A DNA stretch of 64,000 nucleotides from positions 62,907-126,906 of IMG/VR virus record IMGVR_UViG_3300035698_018653, one strand, 5' to 3'. The notes under the pieces are model-generated. The model did no database searches, had not been told where the DNA came from, and saw nothing but the letters and a program-made list of their open reading frames with translations. The stretch is from a virus. Made by a program: the position numbers and the translations under genes. Below, piece after piece: positions 20,857 through 30,955 of the stretch (the first letter of the stretch is position 1; every line of letters starts with the position of its first letter).

Positions 20857-22377
20857 ATTTATAAATTTCCAATTAATATACCAAAGGAAGTCGGACAGTG
20901 TTCTGTTGGACTTCAGAAAAGATATATAGTTGCAATAAATGTTTTTCTTAGAGATGGAAAAGAACAGAAGCAAGCTTCAGAACTTGCGTTTAAACAGATT
21001 GAAAAATATTATTATAAAAAAGAAAACGATGAAGGAGAAACTAGGTGGTTGCCTATTAAAACAAAGGAGCCACTTAAAAAGAGTTATTCAAAAATTTCTG
21101 AATGTCCGCTTGACGTTCAGGATCTTCCAGACTGGACCATACAAAGAATATGGATTATACAATATAACAACGCAGTAGTTGAAAAAAGTACATATGAAAA
21201 AGCAAAAGATATTGCCTGGGAGGCGGTTAAGAAATTTGTTTATTATGACACTAATACATGTCAGTGGAAAAGAAAGCAGAAAAGAAATACATTCGCAATT
21301 GAACTTCAGAAAGCATTAAAGAGAAAACTTTTAAAAAATAATATGGTTTTAAGTAAATCCCAAGGAGAAGGAAAAATGAGCGAAGAGACATTAAATTTCC
21401 ATAAGAAGTTTGAATGTTTTGTTCCATTAAAAGAAAATGGCGATGGATTGATTCTTTATAAAGTAAAGAGAGAAAATGAAGAAGGGGAAGATTGGTTTAT
21501 CGAGGGGGAAGCCTCAAACAATAAAATAGATAAAGAGAATGACCGTGTAAGTAAAAGCTTCCTTAAAAAGATGGCTAAGAATTCTACAGGGCTTACTATT
21601 TACGCAGAGCACGAACATGACCTGGAACATGCTTTAGGTGTTATTGTAAAGTCTGATTATGCTGATGGGAGCTTTTCTATTAAAGCAAAATTAGAACCTG
21701 AAGAAAATAATGATCTTGTAAAAAAGATTGTTTCTAAAATTCAAACCGGTATCAATCTTGGATTTAGTGTCTTTGGTGCATTAACTAAGGTTGCTTTTAC
21801 TCAAGCAAAAAATAGTGGAGCAGAAATCAGAGAGTTACTTGATGGTATGATAGATGAAATATCAGTAACCTCCAGGCCAGCCGGTAACGTTGCCTCTATA
21901 GGATTATCTCAAAGTGTATCGAAAAGTTTTAATGATATGATAGAGGATATTAAAAAGAGCAATAAAGAACAGGAAGATACAAAGGAATATGAGGAAGATA
22001 TAAAAGAAAAAATTGAAAAGGAGATTGATGTGGAAGATTTAACCACTAAACAGTTTATATCCGAGATAAGCAAAAAGCTTGGAAGTATAAAAGAAGATGC
22101 TTCATATGATTTGTTTATGTCTGCTCTTTCTGCTACGTTCTGGAGCTTTAGGAAATTATTTAGAAATATCATGCGAGATGAGAAAATTGGTGTTGCCGAC
22201 AAAAAGAAAAAAATTAATATTTTAAAAAATGAATATGTAAGTTTATTTCAAAGTCAAATAAAAATTTTATTTTCTAACTTACTTAAACCAGGTCAGTCTA
22301 CCATAGATGTATCTAATGTTATTTTTGGTATGTCAAAAAAAGATAAAAAGGATGATACTTTTGAAGAGGAGAAATAG
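20857..22377 (+). CDS. Prohead protease (HK97-type) with two N-terminal ChaB-like repeats; start uncertain (ATT 20857, TTG 21049 or ATG 21376)
   Basis: IEGEAS..IDKENDRV, EHEH, GFSVFG, EISVTSRPA; frame open from 20854. Confidence 0.8.
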   Translation: MYKFPINIPKEVGQCSVGLQKRYIVAINVFLRDGKEQKQASELAFKQIEKYYYKKENDEGETRWLPIKTKEPLKKSYSKISECPLDVQDLPDWTIQRIWIIQYNNAVVEKSTYEKAKDIAWEAVKKFVYYDTNTCQWKRKQKRNTFAIELQKALKRKLLKNNMVLSKSQGEGKMSEETLNFHKKFECFVPLKENGDGLILYKVKRENEEGEDWFIEGEASNNKIDKENDRVSKSFLKKMAKNSTGLTIYAEHEHDLEHALGVIVKSDYADGSFSIKAKLEPEENNDLVKKIVSKIQTGINLGFSVFGALTKVAFTQAKNSGAEIRELLDGMIDEISVTSRPAGNVASIGLSQSVSKSFNDMIEDIKKSNKEQEDTKEYEEDIKEKIEKEIDVEDLTTKQFISEISKKLGSIKEDASYDLFMSALSATFWSFRKLFRNIMRDEKIGVADKKKKINILKNEYVSLFQSQIKILFSNLLKPGQSTIDVSNVIFGMSKKDKKDDTFEEEK

Positions 22378-23313
22378 TTGCCGCTCAATACAGAACATTC
22401 TTGCGTGGTCAATACCTCTGTTAAAAGTAAGTTAAGGAGATTAGGTAAAAAAGATTTAGTAACTGGAAAAACATTTTACATATTATATGGAAAAGATAGC
22501 AAAGGAAAAGTACTAACCAGATCATATAGGTATAAAAAAGATGAATGGACAAACGCAGAAGCGAAAAATCATTGCAAGTCCCACAAGGGAAAATTTGAAC
22601 CTGCTAGAAAAAACGCAAAGTCACTATCAAGAGGAGGTGAACTATCAATGAGCGACAAAAAGAAAAAAGAAGATGAGAAGAAAGACGAACAGGAATTTGA
22701 CCTGAGCGATTTCTCCAAAAATCTTGCTGAGGATATTGTAGGTGCTTTAAGCAAGAGTGCTCCTGAGGATGAAGATGAGGAAGAGAAGAAAGATGATGAA
22801 AAAGTTGAGGATAAAGAAGAGAAAGAAGACGCTTCTGATTCCGATGCCGATGATGATGCCGATGAGGATGAGAAGGACGAAGACGAGAAACCTGACGGTG
22901 AAGTTTCCAAACGACTTGATGGTGTTGAGAAATCTTTGCTTTCTATAGTTAAGACTTTTCAGAAGAAAGAAAAAGCTGAGAATGACAAGCTGGCGAAAGA
23001 AAAGCTTATTTCTACCACTGAGCAGATGCTGAAAGACAAGTTAAAGGAGTTGGGTATCACTCCCGAGACTGTAGCGAAGCGGAAAGGCCAGGTGGATGAC
23101 AAAGACAATCCTGATGACGATACTGATGAGGAAGGCGATGATCCTATGGCCATTCTTAAACGGTACGACATTGGCAAGATGAAAATGAGGAAATGGAATA
23201 CTTTGAGCGATGACGACAAGCGTGACCTGTCGAACGCTACCTGGAGAAAGCATATGGGTATCGGTTCCCGTGATGAGTTACTGAAACAGATTGCTGCACT
23301 TGACGAAGAATAA
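22378..23313 (+). CDS. Scaffold-like acidic protein with N-terminal EH..RY.K..W...EA..HC..H...FEPA domain; internal start at 22648
   Basis: Between protease and MCP; D/E/K-rich; AGGAGGTG-N7-ATG at 22648. Confidence 0.7.
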   Translation: MPLNTEHSCVVNTSVKSKLRRLGKKDLVTGKTFYILYGKDSKGKVLTRSYRYKKDEWTNAEAKNHCKSHKGKFEPARKNAKSLSRGGELSMSDKKKKEDEKKDEQEFDLSDFSKNLAEDIVGALSKSAPEDEDEEEKKDDEKVEDKEEKEDASDSDADDDADEDEKDEDEKPDGEVSKRLDGVEKSLLSIVKTFQKKEKAENDKLAKEKLISTTEQMLKDKLKELGITPETVAKRKGQVDDKDNPDDDTDEEGDDPMAILKRYDIGKMKMRKWNTLSDDDKRDLSNATWRKHMGIGSRDELLKQIAALDEE

Positions 23314-23405
23314 ATCAGTTTAAAAAAAGGAATACTTAGTGGGTTTATTTTGTTTTTACTTTAGTATAAAAAAAAGATTCCAATTATAAGGAGGTGGAAA
23401 ATTAT

Positions 23406-24389
23406 ATGAGCAAAGTATCTTTGAAAAATATTCTGGCAGAACTTTCTAAACAGCAAACTACTGCTAGTGGTCTAGGTGGCGATTTCTTACCCCTGCCGAT
23501 TGCTAACAGGTTTATTGACTTTGTCAATGACGCTAATTATTGTAGACAGTTGTTTAAGGTTCTGACTATGACCTCTAAGACTCTAGACATGCCCAAGATT
23601 CTCTCACGGGCCTCTGTTTATTATGAGCCTACTGAAACTACCGCTGCGGTACGTACCACTTTCTCTACCGGTAATATCCGCTTCACCGCTAAGAAATTGT
23701 TCTCGAAGCTTGAGGCCAGTTCCGAAGTGTTGGAAGATGCGGCTTTTGATATGGAGCAGATAATTCGGGACCAGGCTGCCGAAGCTACGGGTCAGGCCGA
23801 AGAAGAGGCAATGATGGTCGGTAACACGGCTGCCACTGCCAACGCTACGACTCCGAACAATGCTACTGCTACTAACTGGTACCAGAAGGACCATCGACTC
23901 ATCTTTGATGGGTTGTTTACTATCGGTGGAGCTTCCGGCGCTGCTACGTCTGTAAATGCTGGTGGAGTGGTTGCTTCGTCTTCCATTCTACGTCAGGTGA
24001 TGTATAACCTTGGCAAATATGGCCGGGTAATGTCCAGGCTGGTTGCTTTCTTGAACCCCTGGAGCGCTAACCAGATGCTTGACGATGACAAGGTTGTAAC
24101 CATGGATAAGGCTGGAAACCGTGCCACTATCTTTACCGGCGCTTTATTCCTGCTCTATGGTAAGATCAACGTTATCGATGAAGTTTATGCCCCTGATGGT
24201 CAGGGTTGCATGACCCCCAAGAATAACCCCATCATAGCTGACCGGAGAAAGATTCGGGTAGAGCGTGAGAAGGAAATTCAGCAGGACATGTGGCGTTGGG
24301 TTGTTAGTGAACGCATCGACTTTAAAGTTGAGCATAATGACGCAGTCGCCTTGGTGACTAACCTTGACCTTCCTGACGCTGCAAGTTAA
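23406..24389 (+). CDS. Major capsid protein (HK97 fold)
   Basis: GGDFLP.PIANRFID, SSEVLEDA, EEEAMMVG, ERIDFKV; AGGAGGTG RBS favours ATG 23406; followed by terminator. Confidence 0.92.
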   Translation: MSKVSLKNILAELSKQQTTASGLGGDFLPLPIANRFIDFVNDANYCRQLFKVLTMTSKTLDMPKILSRASVYYEPTETTAAVRTTFSTGNIRFTAKKLFSKLEASSEVLEDAAFDMEQIIRDQAAEATGQAEEEAMMVGNTAATANATTPNNATATNWYQKDHRLIFDGLFTIGGASGAATSVNAGGVVASSSILRQVMYNLGKYGRVMSRLVAFLNPWSANQMLDDDKVVTMDKAGNRATIFTGALFLLYGKINVIDEVYAPDGQGCMTPKNNPIIADRRKIRVEREKEIQQDMWRWVVSERIDFKVEHNDAVALVTNLDLPDAAS

Positions 24390-24405
24390 GATTTTGTTCT
24401 TAACC

Positions 24406-24442
24406 AAAAGGGGGCAGGGCTTTAACTGTCCTGCTCCCTTTT
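24406..24442 (+). terminator. Intrinsic terminator after MCP
   Basis: AAAAGGGGGCAGGGC / GTCCTGCTCCCTTTT. Confidence 0.8.
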
Positions 24443-24463
24443 AATATTTAAAGGGAAAATAAA

Positions 24464-26740
24464 ATGAGTCTAAAAGATAGCGAAATAAAAAACTTTCAAG
24501 ATGGAAGCACGAGTGTTAAAGACGGTGACATAAAGAACACTAGTGATTACCCAGTTGATCCTATTACAGCTGACCTGAACGTCCCAGACACCCTTGAGCA
24601 GTCATTTGGAAAGCAGTTCAGTAAGATTCCCTACGTTAAAAGAAAAAAGATGCTTGCAGACAAAAGGAATTTATATGCTCCTACCCAGGGAGTAATGATT
24701 AGACAAGATGAAACCAACTTATATTTAGCGATTGATAAGAAATTTCTCAAGAACCTACAGCCGAGAGATATTGCCGCTTACGTATCTATTGCCGCTTCAG
24801 GATTCTTTACAAATAGTTTTAGCGATATATCGAAGTATAAAGTAAATAACAGAGATGGTTGTGCAATATTCATGAAAAATGTAGTTCACTATAGTGGTGG
24901 CAGATATTGCGCTTTACTCTGGGCACACATAATGGCTTCGCTCATGAAGGTGACAATCTTTACAAATATGAAGCCACCTTTTATAAAAGATTTTGAGCAT
25001 ATGCCATTTAAAGAAAATATACAGTGGGCTGTTGACGGAAGACTTGGAATGCATCTAAAGAAAAATGATTTTAAATTTACTTTAGGGATTCCTAATGATG
25101 TAGGACAAGCGGCAATTACTTATTCTGAGAAATGGAATATACCTTGCTATATGACAATATTTGAATCACCCAATTTTGTAAGAGAGTATCGCAGAGGAAT
25201 AGATTCAGAGGAAAAGTTTTGGGTTGAGTATAAAAAATGTATGAAAAAAGCAGATGGTATTATAGGAATATCCAATATAAGTGGAAGTAAGGCAAAAGAA
25301 TGGATAGAGGCCGATGGAGTAAAGTGTCCGCCTGTTGAAATTATATATCCACCACTTAATCAGCCTATCGCAGATATGGTTGTAGATAAAGATATTCACG
25401 AAGCAAATGAGATTTGTTATATAAGTAGAATGACCGGATATAAAAACCCTCTTTTAATGATAAAGGATATATGCAAACTAAGACAACCGCCTGACGTAAT
25501 TAATCTAATAGGGCGTGCAGCCGGAGGTACGGTCAATGAAATAAATAAAATGAATAAGCAATACAAGGGTAGAGTAAAGATAAAAATATATGAAGCGGTA
25601 AGCGATATAGAAAAATTTATTATCCTTAAGAGAAGTAAGTTGATTGTATTTCCTTCGACATTTGAGGGCTTTGGAATGTCGCCAATGGAAGGATTTTATA
25701 TGAGTAAGCCGGTTATCGCTTATGACCTGCCAGTACTTAGAGAGGTATATGGTAATCATATAAATTATGTTCCGGTAAACGATTCTAAAAAATTAGCGAA
25801 AGAAGTTGAAAAACTTTTGGAAGATAAAAAAGAGAGAGAGAGATTGGGCGAAGCAGGAAGAGCTCACGTAATAAGATGGTGTTTATATGATATGTGTCGT
25901 GACAGAATAAAGGAAGTATTTCCTATATCTAAAAAGCTTTCCTTATCTGTTGGCACTATCGTACTTAATGGCGCTGAGTGGATTAAACTAGGATTGAAAA
26001 CTATCTATCCAAAAGCAAAAGAAATCATAATTGTTGAGGGCGCTGTTGAGGACTACGCAAAGAATAATCCAGATATGGTAAAAGACGGATGTCATTCTAT
26101 AGATAATACTGTTGAGATAATTAAGAATTTTCCTGACCCTGAAAATAAGATAAAGTTTTTTGCTTGTAACGGAAGTCCTTGGCAGAACAAACAAGAGATG
26201 CAGAATAAGATAGCAGAAAATATAACTGGTGACATATTCCTCAAGCAAGATAGTGACGAATGTTATCTACATAAAGATGTTGATAGAATTGTAAATGAAT
26301 TCGAAAGTGACCCTGACCTTTTTATATTTAGGTATAAGTTCAATCACTTCTGGCATAGCTTTAAACAAATAGCGATAGGCGGACAATGGGAAAGCAAGAT
26401 GGTCAGGTGTTGGAGATGGAGAGATGACTTCAGATATCAGGGTAGAAGTTTTAATGTTATGGTAGATAAGGAAGGCAAGTCAGTTGATAGGCCAAATTAT
26501 AAAGTAAAAGAAGTTGACGATAGACTTGTATTTCATATGTCATATGTAAGCAAGAAACCAGAAATGATTCGTGCAAAATTAAATTACTATAAAAATAGAG
26601 GAATAGAAACAAACGTAAAAGATACTTACACCGGATGGAAGCGGGGCAATCCCACACAGCCCACGGCCGGAGGTGGTACCGTTAAGGCTTTTGCCGGAGA
26701 GATGCCGAAACTTTTAACAAGGATAGCTGATGAATACTAA
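24464..26740 (+). CDS. Fused GT4 (GT-B) + GT2-like (GT-A) glycosyltransferase
   Basis: FPSTFEGFGMSPMEG..KPVIAYDLPVLREV; LSVGTIVLNG...EIIIVEG...SIDNT...QDSDE. Confidence 0.88.
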   Translation: MSLKDSEIKNFQDGSTSVKDGDIKNTSDYPVDPITADLNVPDTLEQSFGKQFSKIPYVKRKKMLADKRNLYAPTQGVMIRQDETNLYLAIDKKFLKNLQPRDIAAYVSIAASGFFTNSFSDISKYKVNNRDGCAIFMKNVVHYSGGRYCALLWAHIMASLMKVTIFTNMKPPFIKDFEHMPFKENIQWAVDGRLGMHLKKNDFKFTLGIPNDVGQAAITYSEKWNIPCYMTIFESPNFVREYRRGIDSEEKFWVEYKKCMKKADGIIGISNISGSKAKEWIEADGVKCPPVEIIYPPLNQPIADMVVDKDIHEANEICYISRMTGYKNPLLMIKDICKLRQPPDVINLIGRAAGGTVNEINKMNKQYKGRVKIKIYEAVSDIEKFIILKRSKLIVFPSTFEGFGMSPMEGFYMSKPVIAYDLPVLREVYGNHINYVPVNDSKKLAKEVEKLLEDKKERERLGEAGRAHVIRWCLYDMCRDRIKEVFPISKKLSLSVGTIVLNGAEWIKLGLKTIYPKAKEIIIVEGAVEDYAKNNPDMVKDGCHSIDNTVEIIKNFPDPENKIKFFACNGSPWQNKQEMQNKIAENITGDIFLKQDSDECYLHKDVDRIVNEFESDPDLFIFRYKFNHFWHSFKQIAIGGQWESKMVRCWRWRDDFRYQGRSFNVMVDKEGKSVDRPNYKVKEVDDRLVFHMSYVSKKPEMIRAKLNYYKNRGIETNVKDTYTGWKRGNPTQPTAGGGTVKAFAGEMPKLLTRIADEY

Positions 26741-27214
26741 AAGCACTAATGGGAGATGTATATTTCTTTATGACTTACATAACCCTGCTTCAAGGTGCTC
26801 TAATTTACATAAAAGAAAAAGTGTGTTTTGCGACATTCATGAAAAGAAAGCAAGAGAAGATAAAGTGGCCGTATTGGTTGTTCCAGAGATATTTAATTTG
26901 GTGCCGGATGATTACCCTCATCCAACCATTATGATAAGTCTTAAAAATAAGGAGAAAGAAGATGCCTAGCTCTATAAGTGGAATAAATCCAAATCATATT
27001 GGAAATGCCGATAAGATTTTATGTGCTTATGATTTGAATACTACCGTTATTAGCAGAAATATAAATAGTGATATAATCGCTATTGACTATCAAGCTGCTT
27101 CTGCTAGTGGCGTGTATAAATTAAGAGAAACAATCACTTATGATAGTGACGGTGAATTTTATAGTTCAATTTTTGAATATATGTTAATAGCGTCTTTAGA
27201 TTAGGGGAATAAAA

Positions 27215-27814
27215 ATGAATTGTGAAAATATTAAAAATTCAATGGCAATACATTTAAAAGGAAAACATAGACACCCAGATTTTGAGTATGATTTTCCTGC
27301 TGGTAGTTTTGATTATCCCACTTCTGCCCCTTTCGATCAGCCAGCCCCCCTCGATACCGATACTGGTGGCAATGGTCAGATTAAAAGACAGTTGATGGAT
27401 GACACTACAGAGGAATTTGTAATGAGGCAGTTTAAGCTTCATTCTCAATTTACCGAAAGACAAAGTCAAACTGTAATGTTTGCAGTGGTAGGTTATTCTG
27501 TTACTGCTGCTGGTGGAAGTAATGTAAGATTTAATTTCAGGCATAGCGCAAGAAATAATGTAAGAGGATTAGACGAAAGAAATTGGGACTTTCCTTTTGC
27601 TTCAGTTGAATCTCCTGATTTTGAATGCAGTAGTGATCAGGATTATTTGGATTATTTTTTCTGGACTGAAACGGTTGAGAATCTTGAATGGGTTGCGAGA
27701 GATGACATAAGAATTATGTTAAGTAGAATAGCAACAGACGATAGTGGAAATTTAACTGGAGATTATGGGCTTGTTGATTTTAAAATTATTGTTCCGCTTC
27801 AAAGGATGAATTAA
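27215..27814 (+). CDS. Putative virion decoration/structural protein
   Basis: Acidic, beta-rich; located in the head-to-connector block. Confidence 0.45.
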   Translation: MNCENIKNSMAIHLKGKHRHPDFEYDFPAGSFDYPTSAPFDQPAPLDTDTGGNGQIKRQLMDDTTEEFVMRQFKLHSQFTERQSQTVMFAVVGYSVTAAGGSNVRFNFRHSARNNVRGLDERNWDFPFASVESPDFECSSDQDYLDYFFWTETVENLEWVARDDIRIMLSRIATDDSGNLTGDYGLVDFKIIVPLQRMN

Positions 27815-27816
27815 TT

Positions 27817-28512
27817 ATGGGTTGTTTATTCGAAACAGCTAGTGCAGAATATCTTAAAAGAAATTCTGCAACTTTTAATGACGCACAAGGAATGATGTGT
27901 GCTTGGATATATTTAAATTCAGTTGGCACTTTTATGATAATGTCAAGTAGTGATGAACTTGTCAATGATACATTTGTTAATTTTTTTGTTACTGCAAGTA
28001 TTTTAAGAATTGGTCAAAGAAACGCTGACATTCTTGATTATTTAAGAGCAACAACTGTATTTATAATTAATAGATGGTATCATGTAGCTATTGTTTCAGA
28101 TGGAACAACTTATTATTTTTATATAAATGGAAATCTTGAAACTCCCGTAATTCTTGGTGGAGCTAATACTGGTGATTGGTTTGCAGATACTGCAGGCAGA
28201 GATAATTTTATAATAGGAGCAAATGAACATAGTGGTGGTTTATTAAATTCTTTTGATGGAATTATATTTGACGCAAGAGTTTATAATAATTCAAATAATC
28301 ATGCAAATAGAATAAAATATATTTGTGAACATAGGGGTTGTGATAATGATACTGATGGGCTTATTGGAAGATGGAAACTTGATGAAAGACCTGAAGGAAC
28401 AGTGGTTGATATTGATTCTGTAAGAGATATTTCAGGACAAGATTTTCATATGAATGGGGTAATAGGTGGAACACCTGAATATAGAGCAGTACCAATGAAA
28501 ATTATAAAGTAA
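27817..28512 (+). CDS. LamG/concanavalin-like domain protein
   Basis: AWIYL, RWYHVAIV.DG...FYING, FDGIIFDARVYN, GLIGRWKLDE. Confidence 0.85.
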   Translation: MGCLFETASAEYLKRNSATFNDAQGMMCAWIYLNSVGTFMIMSSSDELVNDTFVNFFVTASILRIGQRNADILDYLRATTVFIINRWYHVAIVSDGTTYYFYINGNLETPVILGGANTGDWFADTAGRDNFIIGANEHSGGLLNSFDGIIFDARVYNNSNNHANRIKYICEHRGCDNDTDGLIGRWKLDERPEGTVVDIDSVRDISGQDFHMNGVIGGTPEYRAVPMKIIK

Positions 28513-28524
28513 GGAGAAAGTAAA

Positions 28525-28929
28525 ATGGGAATTACAATTAATAAAACTACTTTTAATGTAAATAGAAGTGGAGATACTGCAAAGGCATTAAGAGATTCAA
28601 ATATGCTTGTAGTTGAAGGAATAATTAATGGAGAAAGAAAAGTAAATTTTAAACTTCCCTCTTGTACTAAAAAGTATTGGAAACTAAATGGAGCAAGAAG
28701 CAAAGTTATTGAAATGAATGCAGATGAAAAACAAGTAGTGGATAATACTGAAGCTCAAGCAATAGAGGACACCAAAGACATTACTATTTCTTTAGATAAA
28801 TTAACTAAGGCACTTGCGCTTATTATTCTAACAGAAATAAATATCTTAAGGGTCAAAGCTGGATTAACAGAAAGAACAGTTACTCAATTAAAAAATGCAG
28901 TTAAAACAAAATATAACTCATTATCATGA
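28525..28929 (+). CDS. Hypothetical structural-module protein
   Basis: AAGGAG RBS; EINILR..AGL.ERT..QL..A motif. Confidence 0.55.
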   Translation: MGITINKTTFNVNRSGDTAKALRDSNMLVVEGIINGERKVNFKLPSCTKKYWKLNGARSKVIEMNADEKQVVDNTEAQAIEDTKDITISLDKLTKALALIILTEINILRVKAGLTERTVTQLKNAVKTKYNSLS

Positions 28930-29100
28930 TCAGGGATATACTTGAAAAGTTTTCTAATAATATTAATTACATAGAAAGCAAAGAGGAATTAGATTTGTTA
29001 ATTATAAATACAGAAACAGAAATATTAATATCGATGGCAGATGCAACAATGCCAAAAGATAAAAATACTTTTTATCCAGATGTGTTAAGGGGATAATATC

Positions 29101-29703
29101 ATGAGCGTTCCTTTTACAAATTATACTACAAAGAGTTATACCGCCAATGTAAAGGATGCGGTTGATCAGTATATCAATGGACTGATTGATGGAGATTTCT
29201 GGAAGCACGTTAATGAGCCTCAGATATTTAATATAAACGATATTACAACTGATTCTTTATTGCTTAAATATTATCCTATACTTCAAATCATTTCTGTTAC
29301 TGATAATATTACCGCCGATACCGCAGATGATGATTCCGGTCCAGAACTATTGGATGCGCTTAATTATGAGTTTGATGATAAGGCCGGAATACTTTATTTA
29401 ATAAATACACACGCAGCAAGTACTACTGGTCTTATTTATTTTAGTGAAGGGCCACAAAATGTTGAGATAGAATTTGATTGGGGATTTGATGACGTGCCGA
29501 CAGATGTTATAAGATTTGCCGATGCGAATGCAGATAGAATTAATGATGCTATTAACGCAGGTACTGCTTCGGGCAATAAGATAAGCGAGAGAATAGGAAA
29601 TTATTCATATCGTTATGATATTAGTAAAACGCTTGATGGAAAGTACGCTCATCTTGCTAATTGGGAAACAGCTTTCATAAGAAAGTATAAGAGAGTTATA
29701 TAA
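29101..29703 (+). CDS. Head-tail connector (gp6-like)
   Basis: L..YPI..I.SV, G..NVEIE...GF..VP.DV, SERIGNYSY. Confidence 0.8.
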   Translation: MSVPFTNYTTKSYTANVKDAVDQYINGLIDGDFWKHVNEPQIFNINDITTDSLLLKYYPILQIISVTDNITADTADDDSGPELLDALNYEFDDKAGILYLINTHAASTTGLIYFSEGPQNVEIEFDWGFDDVPTDVIRFADANADRINDAINAGTASGNKISERIGNYSYRYDISKTLDGKYAHLANWETAFIRKYKRVI

Positions 29704-30068
29704 TGACAATATCTCCAGTACAATTAAATTTACTAGTATCTATAAGTAGAAAGGTAACCACGACTATTTCAGCGGGTCTGGAGCCGTCTGCGAGGCCATC
29801 TGTGATAGCAACTGACGTACCTATAAGAATAACCACTAAAGTGAATGAAGTGGCTGGCTATCAGGAGAAGGGCTGGAATTCGTCAGATGAGCTGATAGGG
29901 TTTACTAATGTTGGAATTGACGTACAGCCGAATGACGTATTAACCAGAAATGATAATGGAAAAACATATGTAGTACAAAATGTAGATAAAGAACCAGGTG
30001 GAGTAGTTGATAATCATTACGAAATGGAAATAATGGAAAAAGATTTTACTAAAAGCGGGAACCCATAA
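29703..30068 (+). CDS. Head closure/adaptor protein
   Basis: Position; DVQPND.L....Y.V..V......HYE. Confidence 0.65.
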   Translation: MTISPVQLNLLVSISRKVTTTISAGLEPSARPSVIATDVPIRITTKVNEVAGYQEKGWNSSDELIGFTNVGIDVQPNDVLTRNDNGKTYVVQNVDKEPGGVVDNHYEMEIMEKDFTKSGNP

Positions 30069-30457
30069 TGGCTGGATTCGGAGCTAAATTGATAGGGGCA
30101 AAAGTTGTTGCAAATACATTTAAAAGAATGAGCGATAATGCTATGCCAAATCTTACTATCGCTATGAAAAAAATAGTTTTAATGATCGAGAGAAGAGCAA
30201 AACAATTAGCCCCTGTTGATAGTGGACGTTTAAGAAATTCAATAAAAGGAATAGTTGAAAGAATTGCTTTAACCGCTATAAAAGGAGAGGTAGGAACTGA
30301 CGTTGATTATGCAATATTTGTTCATGAGGGGCATACTTCTGGGGGAACTTTTATTTCAGCAAAGCCTTTTTTAAGACAAGCCTTAAGAGAACTGAGACCA
30401 CAAATTCACATCATGCTTAAGAAAGCTATATTTTTAGATTTTGGAAAGGTAATATAA
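30068..30457 (+). CDS. HK97 gp10-like tail component
   Basis: APVDSGRLRNSI, YAIFVHEG, KPFLRQA. Confidence 0.88.
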   Translation: MAGFGAKLIGAKVVANTFKRMSDNAMPNLTIAMKKIVLMIERRAKQLAPVDSGRLRNSIKGIVERIALTAIKGEVGTDVDYAIFVHEGHTSGGTFISAKPFLRQALRELRPQIHIMLKKAIFLDFGKVI

Positions 30458-30933
30458 TGGCAAATCCAGATACCCCTCAAATGGAGTTGATTAAAACGCT
30501 TGGGTATATTTTTACAAATGATACGGATTTAGATAGTAATACCATAGGGAATCCAGGGCAGAGAGTTTATAGAGAGGCGAGCATAAATTATAATGACGAA
30601 ACAGTACCATATATAACTATAGAAATAGATGACAATCCAGATATGATTGGAATGCCAACCGTTGATATGAACTTAAGAATAAGTATTTGGAATAGTAAAG
30701 AAAGAGCAGGAGATAAACAAGAGTCAAATATAATAGCTCAGATAATAGTAAACTTAATTGAGGGAGATAAGAATGACGAAGGAAAAGATTTTATAAATAC
30801 TCAAGGGTTAAGTCAGAACTATCACCCAAAAGTAAGATTGATAAATAAAATAAACGGGGCTTTTGCTCCCACTAATTTAAAAAATATGACAAGATATTTA
30901 ATGAATTTTAATGTTACTTCAGGTAAAGTTTAA
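30457..30933 (+). CDS. Tail terminator/completion protein
   Basis: Position between gp10-like and tail tube; RVY...PYIT. Confidence 0.55.
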   Translation: MANPDTPQMELIKTLGYIFTNDTDLDSNTIGNPGQRVYREASINYNDETVPYITIEIDDNPDMIGMPTVDMNLRISIWNSKERAGDKQESNIIAQIIVNLIEGDKNDEGKDFINTQGLSQNYHPKVRLINKINGAFAPTNLKNMTRYLMNFNVTSGKV

Positions 30934-30955
30934 TTTTTAAGGAGGTGAGAAAAAT

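Noticed and set aside
20939-21178. Listed 79-aa ORF before the protease
   Set aside because: An overlapping frame encodes a ChaB-like repeat continuous with the protease
22375-22380. TAG followed in frame by TTG, suggesting amber readthrough or genetic code 15
   Set aside because: GAGGAG is well placed before the TTG; long genes are not broken by TAG; abutting in-frame genes also occur with TAA (45516/45517, 51378/51379)
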